A stretch of DNA of 64,000 bases. It comes from Catajapyx aquilonaris (Eukaryota). Of this stretch, positions 40,801 to 53,847 are shown one piece after another. Within the stretch, counting starts at the first letter, position 1, and each line of letters begins with the position of its first letter. Made by a program: the position numbers and the translations under genes. The notes beneath the pieces are model-generated. The model was not told the origin of the DNA. It made no database searches and saw nothing but the letters and a program-made list of their open reading frames with translations. The stretch is taken from the NCBI GenBank assembly GCA_000934665.2, contig KZ538279.1, positions 1-64,000 on the forward strand. Reading direction: 5' to 3'.

Positions 40801-43800
40801 GGAAGGAGGGGGAGGCAAAATGTGCGGTCAAATTCGGAGGCGCCTCTTGCGCGGCGGACTCGCTTCCCCGTAACGTCCGGATAAACATTTGTAAAATGGG
40901 ATTTCTGATTCGTTTCCCCCGCGCCACCAAAAGAAGCGCCTATTTTTCTTGCCCACTAATAACAGTGATTTTTCACCCCCGAAAAAGCCAGTCGTTACCA
41001 ACTGTGCTTCGCGGGCCCTTATTCAGCGAGCCTGGCTCCCTTAGCCGCTGTCCTTCCATGCATCACTTGTGCACAAGAACTGCCGACGTCCTCACACTAT
41101 ATATGGCGCAGACAGCCCCTTTCCTGTTTGCAAGCCCACGCAAGAAGCAGATGAATAACCCATGACCTTCCACCCACCCCACCGACTCAAATTAATTTTA
41201 CCCTCGGGGCCTATACCCACCTATTTATTCAACCAGCAAAAAAATGGTATGTATCAGAAAAATGGCCAGCCTGCGCCGGCGTTATATTGACGTTGCCACT
41301 TTCTTGGTGCTATAAACATGCAGTCAGGAGAGGCCATGTTGGCCATTATTTGCAGATAAAAAAGGGGAGGCTTTGAAATAGATACGTGCAAACAGGACTA
41401 GTGAATATACAGAAAATCCTGGCTTTCTGGCTTTACCAGGCCCATCCTAGCTCTGAATAGATCTGGCATAATCGGCAATAACAATCCGTGAAATACATGG
41501 TAGATCCCCGCAGCTGGGTAGGCCGCATCCTCCGCAATGCCACGTTCTTTTTCCCTCCAAAAAATTTGATCGACAAACATGGTGTCAACGCCGTTGTTGG
41601 GGATTAGACCTCCCAAGACTATAAATCACGACTGTGTGCGCTACCCCTGTTGTGATTTGGTCCCCGGGTGCAAAAATGTTTCCAGTCATGGCGGCGGCCT
41701 CCCCGCGATAAAAAATGAGCCGGGTGACGGATGATCCCATCTGCATTGTCCGCAAGTGCCATCGCCTGCCACAAGTCTCTTCCTTACAGCCAGCAGCAAC
41801 CCCCAAGCTTTTGCCATGGGGGAAATAGGGAGGGATGGAGAGGAAGGGAGAAAGGCAACGGATGGCCCCTAGATATACTCACTCTATCTCTTCGCGCACC
41901 AAAAACCATTGGGAGGGTAGGCCTGGGATGTGTATGTGGCGGCCATTTGTAAGTCTGACTCATCCATGGATGCAGAGATCACCCTTGTACACGTGCTCCT
42001 AATCATAATGCGCAGGCTCTGACAAAGTGGAAGTGTCACAGCAAAAACTCCGGACCCCGATATTGTGCCTGCTAAAACCTTGTGAGTGATGTGGCAGGAA
42101 TTTTAAGATTTGCCCATGATCCTTCCAACTTGGATATTCCTAGGGCGTCCTCACCGGGGCATATTCAATAATGGGCTACGGTCGTGTGTCTCAACTTGCA
42201 CAAGTAGATGGGGGACTGGCATCAAAAAGGGGAGAGACACTAGTATACAGTGAGTGGGTTTCTGACACCCCTTACTTTTCAACAATGAATCATTTTTCCG
42301 CAAGTCAGCATGACTTTAAGTTGGCAGCCCCATTCAAAGCCTTCGACCCCTGCACTTGCACTGACAGTTCTCATTATGCTCCTCTCGCCCACAAAATGAG
42401 GAACTGAGCCAACACAAGAGGGTGTCAGTCCGACTCACTCCTGCTGCAATCACACAAAAGCTTCAGAGTCAAGGAAACAAATTTCAAACCCAGGGACACC
42501 CCTAAATGGGACTAGATTTGTTACCAACCCATGCTGACCCACACACACACACCTCTTTAGCTCCTGGAAGATCTGGTCAATTGCAGAGTGCGCTTCTGGG
42601 CGGGGTTGAAGAAGAAGGGGGAGAAAACGAATGAGGGAAGCCAAGTCCTGGGGTTGACACTCGAGAGTGAAGGATAGTGTCTATCCGCTGGGTCCGCATT
42701 GACGACGACACTGGCAAAAGAAGTGGAATTAAGGCGGTGGGAATGCAAGTCGAACGGAACAAACAAGCCCGAGGGGGATTTGTTTTTCGCCACCGGATGG
42801 AACGTCAACTACACTCGCGCTTTCGTAAATCTCGCAGTCTCAAAATTACGAGGGGTGCTTTTTCTTCGCTTTTTGCGTCACTTACGGTTTGTTTGGAGAG
42901 GCTGGTGTTCATCGTTTGTTAGAGGAATCGCGAGAAATGGCCACTGTTGGTTTTTTAAAATCACATTTGGCAGCAACTGTAAATGACAATGCTGAATTTC
43001 TTTTAAACGTGGGAAAATTAAAGTAAATATTTAGTTACAACCTATATTTGCAATAACATCCTGGCGATTTATATGCGGGTAGTAATAGCGCTTAGATGAT
43101 TAATATTGCGTACAGCCGTTTTTATTGCTAATGGTGCTGGTCGTGTTTCATGCCATTCTGGTTGTGCATGATCCATTTGTTTCATTATTGCAGTTGCCAT
43201 TTGCGTACCCAGCAGTTGCACACATATTACACCTTTTTTCCATCAGGTGCACGCGACACAGCCTGTTGACAAAAATGACCCCGAGACACGACGTTGTCGT
43301 TTGACGACAAAGCACTTCTGAAAGTCGGACGATTATTTATCAAGCGGAGTAGTCCGTACTGCATGACTGCGGTGACAGTGGACGATGCCTAGCGCCTAAT
43401 TAACATCAAACGCAATTAGTCTTGGTATACAGCACACTGGCGCTCTAATAGCAATTAAGGTAATGTACACCTGTTTACTTAATGGGAAGCTGCGATGTCG
43501 CCTCCTCATGAAACGCAGGCAGGCCTATTCCTTGTGAGCGACACACACAACTGTTAACTGGAGTCGACACATCGTGACACCTTTGATAAACACAAACCTT
43601 TCGCCCGGGATGAAGCCCCATTTACACCCCACCCACTCTGCTAATTAGGAAGACCAAGAGTTTGGGTTGGATCATGGGGTGGGGGAAACGCTGATGAGGG
43701 ATGGGAGAGAGTACAGAACACCCCCTGGTTAGGGGGATAGGGAGAGTTTCGTCATTCTCATTAGTTTCTCGCCATATGTACCACTCCAGTGCTGGCCATT

Positions 43801-44956
43801 CTTGTATTCCATCAGCATTACAATTCATTCTCATTATTCAAACACCAAGAGGGTACACACTCATTTGGGGGATATGTGGTCACATTCAACTGTGGGCAAA
43901 ATAAAACCCCTGGCAAGAAGCCACGCTGCAAAGGCGAGAGGCGGTTTCGGTATCTAGAAGAGAAGGCCTGAGGAGTTTAGGGGTAAGAAAAGACTTACTT
44001 CCACAGCCTTCTTATCTCAAAGGCAAAAAGATTGTGCCGGGGACGCACTTCTTCAACTCTAAAATGCTCATGCCGTGATCCATTTTCTCTCTCCGGAGAA
44101 GAAAAAAAGGAAGAGAGAGGGGGGTAGGGGGAATGCTTCTTCTGCACAGAGGTAGATTAGCTTTTCATTTTCCTCCGCGGAGCACACCCTTATACCAGAA
44201 GCAATTCCAATCAATGGCCCAACCTGGGCTAAAGAATCATTTTGATAAACGCAAGATGGCTGCCACTGGAATCGGGAAAAGGAAGGGATTGACTTTTTTT
44301 TTGCAGATCTCGAGGGAGGTATATATAAGAGGGGGGGGGGGGTGCAAGATCCGTCAAACATTTCAGCTAGCTATGTGGGATATATTACCCCAGGCGTGGC
44401 ATATGGGAAGGGAGTGCCAAAAGAATAAAAAATCAAGGTGATCCATAAATGTAGATTGTCTCCTAGACTGCTGAAGGTTTTATGCCAGAATGTTCACTTG
44501 AGAAATAAGCGATTTTCCACCAGTTTATACCCCGTACACCTGCGATGGAGAAAAATGGAAGAAGAATCGGATGCGCTGACATCTTCCGGCCTGCACCCCT
44601 AACGCAATACAAAATGTTCTGCCGAGGGGGGCATAAATATAATAATGTGCAATATGGTAATACTCCAGGAATCGTTGAGAGGCAGAAAAACAGTATTTTA
44701 TGGCTGCTGGTACCGAGATAAAGACCGCATAAAATTTTTACGATGGAAGTCATGACTGCAAATAATTCCCTCGTTTGAAATACAAGATTCAGTTTACTGA
44801 CAGTTGTGGCAAAGGGCAAGGCCTTCGCTGAGCTTCATGGCCAGAGGATCGGGAAATGCGAATGCCATGCAAGATGATTTCCCTCCCAGCTATCATTCCG
44901 CTCTTTATGGTCTCCATTGCAGTTTCTCCTGGCGTAAATTAAAGCTCCAGATTCGG

Positions 44957-45032
44957 CCATCTTTGACTCCCACCACGCCATCTTTGATTCCCACTGCACC
45001 ATCTTTGATTCCCACATCTTCTAGGATTCCCA
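44957..45032. repeat. 21-bp tandem repeat, 3 copies plus a partial
   Basis: CCATCTTTGA(C/T)TCCCAC at 44957, 44978 and 44999, then a degenerate copy. Confidence 0.85.
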
Positions 45033-45423
45033 TTGTTTCCAAACTTTAGCTCCCAAGCCCAAGTGCAACTTTTCAGCCCAGTTTTTTTTATAGCAAATGG
45101 ATGACGTAGGTAAAAATGGCAAAGCTAACCCCTGGAGGTGGTAAGGGTGGGGTAAGGGGGACGGGTTCCTGTCCATCATCTGAGCGGCGGCAGGTTCTCT
45201 GTTCCATGCCAAGGTGACTCCGGATTTGCAGGCGGAGGCAGGATTGACGGCCCGCCACCACTTCTGATTGGACGATTGTGCCAGAGGGCTTGCCGGAACA
45301 AAAACCACTTTGGCTCAAATCTTCCTCCAAAAAACAAAACCAAAAAAAAAAGCTTTTTTGCCCAATTTTCTAACCTCCCATCTACCAAGCACGTTAAATT
45401 GCAGTTCAAATCAGTCTCAAGAA

Positions 45424-45500
45424 GTCCCCGTAGCCAGTGGTATGCTACGCGCGTCTTAACAGCACGCGTGGTCCGGGTTCGACTCCCGGCGGGGGCTCCA
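45424..45500 (+). pseudogene. tRNA-like sequence (tRNA pseudogene or isolated SINE head) with encoded CCA
   Basis: Acceptor stem GTCCCCG/CGGGGGC + T-CCA, T arm CCGGG-TTCGACT-CCCGG, A-box TAGCCAGTGG. The anticodon arm CGCGT/ACGCG has a non-canonical 9-nt loop and the D stem is poor. Confidence 0.65.
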
Positions 45501-48500
45501 GTAAATGATTAGTAAGACGTCTGCGTGCTTCCTTATTCCCCCACACCTTTTTCCCTCGACTTGGTTTTGGGCAAAAAAGATGGGACAATGCTCACGTCCT
45601 AAGAGGGCACGATCGTTGGGGTCGAAGGTTTACCTCCCGACCTGCTTGCAAGTGCGGTCACGACGGAGGCCAACTTGGAGGGGGGGGCGTTTGACTTCAA
45701 GGAAGAAAAGCACAGCTGCTCCAACCCAGTGCCTTTGCTTCCATTCTAAGCAGGCGGCGCCACCTTCGCCTTAGGGTTCTCTACTCATTTCCTTCAAGTC
45801 ATCGGCCAACAGCCCATAAAATAAGGAGCATATCGGCATGCCTTCCGAGCTTGTTAGAGTGCTTCAACGCACTTTTTGGGAATTTTTGTAGAGAAATCGC
45901 AATCGCTTCCGGGAACGAATTTATTCCATATATTTTGCGGGAACTTGCGATTCCGCTACATTACTCAATGCATTTCTCGATCGCAAGTTGGACTACAAAT
46001 TTTGCCTTTTAATTACTAGGGAGCTTCTGGGGAAACCAATGACAATAAATTAAAAAGTGTGGCCTTCCCATTTTTTTTCGAGCTAACTCTTCTTCGTCTT
46101 AGAAATGGGGGTTGGTCTGCATTGGAAATGTTGCCTCCATTCCGACAAATCAGCTTCGCTCAAGCCAAGTAAAACCATGCATATTAGGCAGGAAACGGCT
46201 GTAGCTAATGACTTTGATAGGGAGGAACTTGCCACCCATTTGGATGTAGCTCGGGTTCCTAGATCATGCCAAATGGTTACTCCCAAGACGACGAATAGAA
46301 TCGCGGCTACATTGCATATGTCCCCCCCACCCACCCACTCAGCCACCTTGGACTAATCGTTGCGACCGACTAGCTCATGCTCAACACGTGGGCTGGCGAC
46401 TATACAAAGAAGAAATATAGGGCATGGAGGAGTTGCAACATCTGCAAGCTCCTTTGTAGAAGCAGCAGATGTGCAATTCAGACTAAATGCCATAAGACCC
46501 CTGCATATCTTAGGTGCGTGTGACCCCGACAAATTGAATGAAAAAAAAATGTGTTCCTGGTGTTCCATACTAATAACAGGGTGTATCAGCGCTTAGAAAA
46601 ACTATGTTCAGGGTGGTACCAATTTGAATGCAGAGACGACAAAAAAGGTTAGCCGCGGATCCTAATGTGCACCTTAGTCCCGCAGATATTCATTATTAGC
46701 CGATAATGGTGGAGTATAGAGTCAGAGTCTAGCGTGATAAATGTCTTCATCATAATTAGATTGTACGTGTACACTAGCTTGTAATTTGCTTGGGTGCAAA
46801 CCTTTGGGCTTGGGAATTATTTTTTTTGTACCTTCACTGCTTTTCTTGAGGAGGCGAAATGACGTTGTCTATTCGATACTTTAGAGATTTATTACGGGGG
46901 TTGCAGGTGTCAGGAAAAACAGGTCGCCGGGCCTCCTTTTTGTGATCCATTGCGTCCGGGGGGAAAAGCCCGTTTCATGTGACTCGGTGTTGTAGGGGGG
47001 GGGGGGGGGNTGGGGGGGGGGGGGGGGGCTGGGGAGGAAAATGAACTTCGAAATTTCTTCCCAGGCGAAACATGACAACGCCTCCGACATGTACTGGGGG
47101 AGACCTCACACTGACATGCACGCAGGGCTGGAATAATCGTGGATGTAATTGGTTGTAGTTGCGTCATTCTATGAAAATTATTCTCACGCTACTTTTTTGC
47201 TATTATGTGAAGATTATGATTCGATGTATGAGGAAAATTGTGTGAAAATTACGTACATCCCTATCGCATGGCATATCGCATCCTCAGGTCTGTAAGCATC
47301 AGTGTTCAACTTTTAAGATCAACGTCGACACTAACCCTATTTTGTCTTTGGAAAACCCAGCAGCAGAATTTTGCAATTTAATTTATCTCAGCACAGCATC
47401 TTTTCAGTGCAGCAGGTCATGAGCGTCAAAATCATCGGAGTGAACTGATACGAAACAACAGTGCTACTGTGCTTCCTGTCCTTAATAATGACATTGCAAG
47501 TAGACTGATGCACAGTTGGGCATTGCAACTGCACGCTTAGGGCCCCTTCTGATGGCGGTGGACTGCGCTTGGATTCCGTCAGTCAGTGTGATGAATGGGG
47601 GAGACCTGTCCCTCAAGCTTTAAAAGAAAAAAAAAGAAAAGAAAAGCATTACAGACCTTAGACACCCTGTAAACGCTGGTGTGGAATGTGAGGCGGTTCT
47701 TGACGCTCCCCCAACTTTCGCGTCGTCAAAAGTGCACATCCCACCCACCCAACCACCCCCTGAAGCATTTCGGTGGTATAACAAAGCCTATGTTTCTTAC
47801 CAACTCTGGAGTTCCCTAGCCTGTCAGACCTTCGCATTTTGTTATTAATGAAGCGTCATCTGGAGGCTTCTTCCAAGCCGCAGCCCCTCTCTCTCTTCTC
47901 TCTTCCCACCCTCCTACCTCCCACTACCTCTCACCCACAGACCTGCAATTGTTACTACCACAGCTACTACGCTCCAATCTCGACTCCAGACTTATGTTTC
48001 CAAGAGTTTTCAGAGGCAAAGTTCATGGCAATTGAAATTGTCCTGTGGGGTGTTCATAAAGTCTTTAGTGCAAGAGTTGCCGCACAATCGGCTTGTGGTA
48101 CTAGTCGTACATATGTCAAACATGCACAAAGCTACAATATTTGTGGCTTTTTGTCTTCAACATCTCACCGCATTGTTTCTGCTTCACCACAAAGTTTCTG
48201 CTTCATACAAAGTTTGGGCCAATCGCTAACCTCCCTAGTTCGTGGTCCAATAATACACAGGTTGTCATCAAACTATTAAACCTAGCCATATACAAACTGA
48301 AGCCTCTCCACTATATACACCCGCGCCATCTAATGGATATCACAATATCAGCACATTTTTTTGACAGATAGTGCATTCCGATATGGCACTAAAATTATCC
48401 GGGGGGGAAAAGCATAGAGCTGGAGTAAAGGTATCACGAGGTGTAGGAGCCGTCTTTCAACATGTAGTTAGAGCCCCTTAGTGTTTTCGTCTGAGCTGGC

Positions 48501-51500
48501 AGAAAGACGTCTCCTTTTGTCACCCGTGGTTTTTGATCGCAGGAGCTCGCTGACAGACACTGGCTGGAGCATTAAGGAAATTCCTTTCCCTGCCAATCCC
48601 TTCTGCTGCCAACTTGGTCCAAACAAGCTGCATCTTCGTCTACTTCACTCCTGACTTGCAGCGTGACATCCATTTTATCCGCAGAAGCGTATATCTCCCA
48701 ACGACGTTATCGGATGGGGAAAGGCGCTTCAGCTATTTAATTAGTCGCAATGATTAAAGAAAAATGCTAAATGCGTATACAATCATAGGAGATCTATTTG
48801 TAGGTCATTTGATAGCCGCAACTCTGATCCGGGGCCTGTCACTCTGATGGCACAGATTGGGAAATATGAACCGGTGACCAATTTTTGCTCGCTAACTAAG
48901 CCCTTCCTGTCGGAGAGGTTACTGCTGATGGATCGGCCGCACATCATAAAAACCACTTTTACTACCTTTTCATTCGCTCATAAGGGTGATTCCAGCAAAA
49001 TAGCCAGGATATTGATGATCGTTCAAGCAAACAGGCGCCCCCAGATGGCGCGCGATTCCACTCTTCTTTCATGCTTGTCCAGAAAAGAAAAGCAGCTTAG
49101 CTCACTTGCCAAGTACAGGTGTAACAGCTCTAATATCTCGAGGGGGGTTTCTAGTAAGGCATTACTAGATATGGCAAGTTGTACAGATAATGTAGAGCAG
49201 CTATGATGAATTTTTTTAAATATTTAGATTTTAAAAAGGGATAGCACCATTTCCCAAAATATTTTCATACAGAAACTCTTATTTGCTTTATGGCTGCCTG
49301 TAAATTATATTCTATTACCTAGCAACGGCCGTTGCCAACTGGTGTTAACTGTAAAAATAAATAAATAAATTCTTCAACTGACATTGAAAATTCTATAAAC
49401 TACAAAACAAGAAAATATTGCTATTGGCCATTATTGTGCTGATCATTGCTCTAACATTTGTTTACTATTGAGCGGGAAGTTGCATATCCAACAATAATAC
49501 CATATGCACAGTTCATTTCTGCACAATTACAGACGTACTTACATTAAGATGAACACTTCTGTACATTATGATAACTTATAGGCCTATAATATAAAAAGTG
49601 GTGCTGATTCTAAACGAATTAATATATCCTTATTGGCTTAAAATTTCTTCGTGTTATTATTAATTTGATGCTATTATTCATAAAGAAGTATGTGGGCTAA
49701 CAACTCCTTAGCCGCTAATCTAAACATGCAAGATGCCTATAAATATCCTGCAAAAGAATCCATTTTTACATATAAAATTAATGATCGGTACAAAATTCCG
49801 GTCAGTACAAAAAATAAAATCCTAGACCCACGTAACTAAATGGGGAAAAAAAATCAAACCGCCTATTAGTTAATCCTGATGGATAGGTTGACAGCAAATG
49901 AGAAGAAAAGATTCATTAGCACCATTTTTTGCACCTGCCCTCTTCAAAAATCAACCCTCTTATAAAGGTAGGTCTGTCAAAACATATCCCGAATTAGTTT
50001 CAGTATTTGAAAGAAAGAAAAAACCACGCCGCCTATCTGACTAGCCATAACCGTAGAAACCCGACCTAATCAAAAGGTGAGGACGGAAATGTGTGCCCCA
50101 TGCATTCCTTTTTCTTCTGATTGGTAGGCTAGCACCTGGTTGAACAGAGAAGCCATCAATCAGTCCGATGGAACATGCAAAGCCCAGTGGCGCCCTCTGC
50201 GTTTTTTACTATCCAGAAGAGCGGCAGCACTGTTCTCGCTTTGTAATTAAGCCGCCCGGATGGTCAGAGGGCGACACATACCCAAGTTTCAAAACTGATC
50301 ATGCCAACTAGCGGCCAACTTTGTATTCACTTTTCTTATTATTTCCACTTTTTTTTTTGTTAGTCTTATTCTTTAGCCCTTCGGTTTTTTTTCTTATATT
50401 TTTATTTCCTTTTGATGGGGGAGGGGGAGACCTTTGCATGCCTCGCTTTGGACATGCAAAGGTTTCCCCGCCTCGAGAAAACCATTTCCCTTTGAATTTG
50501 ATATGAAAAGAGGCGGAGCCACTTGATTGACAGGCCAGTTTGCCCAATCGCGAAAACGGAATAACGATGAGGTGCACGTCCATCAAACTTGGTTTTTCCC
50601 ATCTCCCAGTCCTCTCTTCCTATCAAAACAAGATAACACTCATTTCGTTCGGCCCCTCTACGTCACCAGCACTCCAGATAACTTGCGTCAAATTCATGTC
50701 ATAGGGCTAACCTTAGTTTGAAAAAGAAATGTGCGTCACCACTTGGGAATTTTTACATAATATACACTGCAGAATGTATCATGTCACTTACAATATGACC
50801 TTTTAATTATTCTAATTATTGCTAAATTAATAATCATGTGTGATGTAAGGGTTGCTGTGTCTGGGGTAATAAACATTGTTGCATAATGGTACTAAGCATG
50901 AAAAGGCTATAGATGGCGGTAGTTACTTTGTCGTAGAAGCAGAATCCGGACGACGAAACATAACAAATCAATGAAAGTACTCTCACCGAGGCTTTACGGC
51001 AATATAAAGTTTTATGAACTCTTTAATGCCAGGAAAACATTGGGCCATTTTGCTGTTACCTCGCGTCACGTCGCAGTCAATTGTAGCCAAGATTGCTAAG
51101 ATGTTGTAATGTGTTTCCTTCAGGCAAGTGAAACCTCTGAGAGTGCTCCAAAATAAATGAAGCGATTGGAATGATTTTGAGATATCGTGGGCATACAAGA
51201 GAAATCCATTATGTCCAATTTTGTCGCTTTTGAGCTATTTACAGTACTAGGTAGCATTTTAGGTGGAGTTCACTTAGGTCTAAATATTCATAATGAGCCA
51301 CCAATTCGGAACTTTCTGCATTCACTAGCATGTATAGGGAAGTGTCGAAACTGGGGTTTTTGAACATATAGTGCTTCTCTTGTATGTCTACAATACTGTA
51401 TATAGTGGACTGAATCGCTTTAGCATAAAACCGGCGTAAATTTCGATTGATATCGTCCTGCATTTCAGGTCTTGGCATTTTTCGAATTTCCTGTAATCGA

Positions 51501-53801
51501 TTACAGCGAGTCCTCTGCCATTCATTTCACCACTGAAATCAGTGATAAAAACGTGGTAGTTCATATGAACTGCTGGACCATTCATCCCCGCAACCCCACT
51601 CCTGACCTCCCTGTCTCACCTACCATTTTTAAGAAGCCTTCTTGCTGTTCGTTCAACAATCCATCAAGCCGAACAGCTGATAAGCGATTCCCGATCCTTC
51701 ATGATTAGGCCCAGCACAGAGGTAGCTCCTGAAGGAAATTTGTGTCCGGTCCGACTGCTAAAATGGCCGATAAAATATGTGGAGACGCCATGGAAAAGCA
51801 GACGCCATCGTCAGCCATGTTGGAATAACCTGGCAGGCAAAGAGGGGAGCCAAACCCGTACAGGCAAGCTATTTAGCCGACGGATTCCAATCATTAAGAA
51901 TCCAAATGCCGCCAAGAATCCCTGCATGTTCAATGAGTGGAGCGTCATTTGGTACTGAAATGAGGCGTTGACAAGTAGTTAGGAATCCGTGCAGACTGAT
52001 CTGCCCTATTAACCCCTGCCTAACTTACCTCCCAGGCTTTTCAATCTAGGGGGCTCTGCACGGGCTAATTACAATACATTCGTTCTACGTCATAGCCTGC
52101 AGATGAAAGGCTGAAACGTGCAGGCCTGCATTATCGTCCCCCTCTGCAAATATTTTGGCCGCCATTAAAAATACATGCCACATATACACACCAGGGCTGC
52201 GGCCCTTTGCGCATTTTCTAAATGTTTCCCCGCCGATTGCCAACTCGTTATTCCTCTCCACTGAATCACGGCCTAGGTAATTTATGAACGCCCTCTTATC
52301 AGCTACCCAGTTAAATAGTCTATTAAATTGGTTCATTAACCCAAGGTGTGAAATTAGTTAGAAATCAAGCCTGCTGTCACTTTCGAGATTGCTGTGTTGC
52401 TGGCGATGGGGGCTTATTGAATTTGATTGTGTCTGTCCAGCTACAGTTGTAAGGTCTCGTGCCTGTGTTTTCAAATGACACTTGTGTCACTGTCTAGCCT
52501 GTCGCAGTGGCGATGTGACAAAACTTAATGTCAGCACACCTTCGCGCATGATGGTAATTTGCTTCGGAATTTTATAATGGCGACCAATGTGATTTTCAGA
52601 GTATCTCAGTAAGAAATGAGCTTTGTGTAGCCTTATATAGAATGTGTTAGAAAGAATGTGGAAGATTTAAAGAAATGCTGGATGACACACGGACCTAATA
52701 AACCTAAAACTGCGGTTGCTCACTGTTGCCATCGATCCGCTTGTATTTCCAGATCATAGTCCTCGTGGTCATTAGCACTTAGGTCAATGGTCATTAGTGG
52801 TTGGCAAGGGGGGAAGGGACTGAACTACAAGGTCAACTAATTGCATGAATATGACAGCTTCAGGGACAACTGAGCCCTGAGCAAGATAAACAAACAACCC
52901 ATCACGACATTTTCCTGTTCAATTTTCCTTGCCGGTTCAATTTTTATATTTTAATCAAAACTTCCCAACTCAGATAGTCAAATGACAATTTTATAATGCG
53001 CAGTATTTCCAGAGACATTGGCCCATTGTCCCGTAACATTGGAAGACAATTTTTTTTTCTATACCCTCCTTATGGAAAGCCTCTCCTTAATCCGCAGCTT
53101 TCACACTTCTTCTTCCTGGCGAGATATTTCCAGCCAGAGCATTCTTCCAGAGGACCAATGACACGAAAGGCACTTGATATAAGGCCAGGATTAGAGGAAA
53201 GGTGTTGCAAGACTTCCCGGATACGAAAATCACGAGTCTCTTTGGTACTGCATGGCCACATGAGACTGAGAGTTATCGTGTAGGAGAAAATTGCATTCTT
53301 GACTTACAGTTGGAAAGTCTTGAAACAGTATAGGAAGTTTTAAAAAATAATTGTCTTCCGGTGGGACAAATACACCAGTGTCACCAGAGAATAGCTTGTT
53401 ATATTGGTAAGGATGAGTGCTCTCACTTTGCTATCTCAGTTGGTAAATTTTAATTATAAAATTTTGTAAAAATTACATTTACAGTATTACAGGAGTAGGA
53501 ATGAAAAAGTACGAAAAATCAGAAGTGACCTTTCAACCTATTTATCATGAGGTTTCATAAGCTTACCTCACCCTCTCCTGTAACACGTGCTCCAGACCTT
53601 GCACCTAATGACCTTGCTACCTCCAGAAAACTTTTGTCTGGAGAGAGCCTAGGGAATGACCAAAAGCCTTGGTGCCATGGCTAGAGTGAGTGGTGATAAT
53701 GACTGGCTTTCGTCTGCCTATCTCTCCTCTAGGCTGAAATATTCAGGTCTGAGATGAGGTTGCACAATTTTACCACATGACACTCAGGTTTGTCGGGCAG
53801 T

Positions 53802-53847
53802 AAGTAGTTACATTCCACTGATTATAATCAGTGGAATGTAACTACTT
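53802..53847. repeat. Perfect 46-bp loopless palindrome
   Basis: AAGTAGTTACATTCCACTGATTA|TAATCAGTGGAATGTAACTACTT, followed by a short (TTA)n run. Confidence 0.95.

Noticed and set aside
47886..47956. Pyrimidine tract plus CACAG as another microexon acceptor
   Set aside because: The nearest GT gives a 10-nt frameshifting exon with a poor donor.
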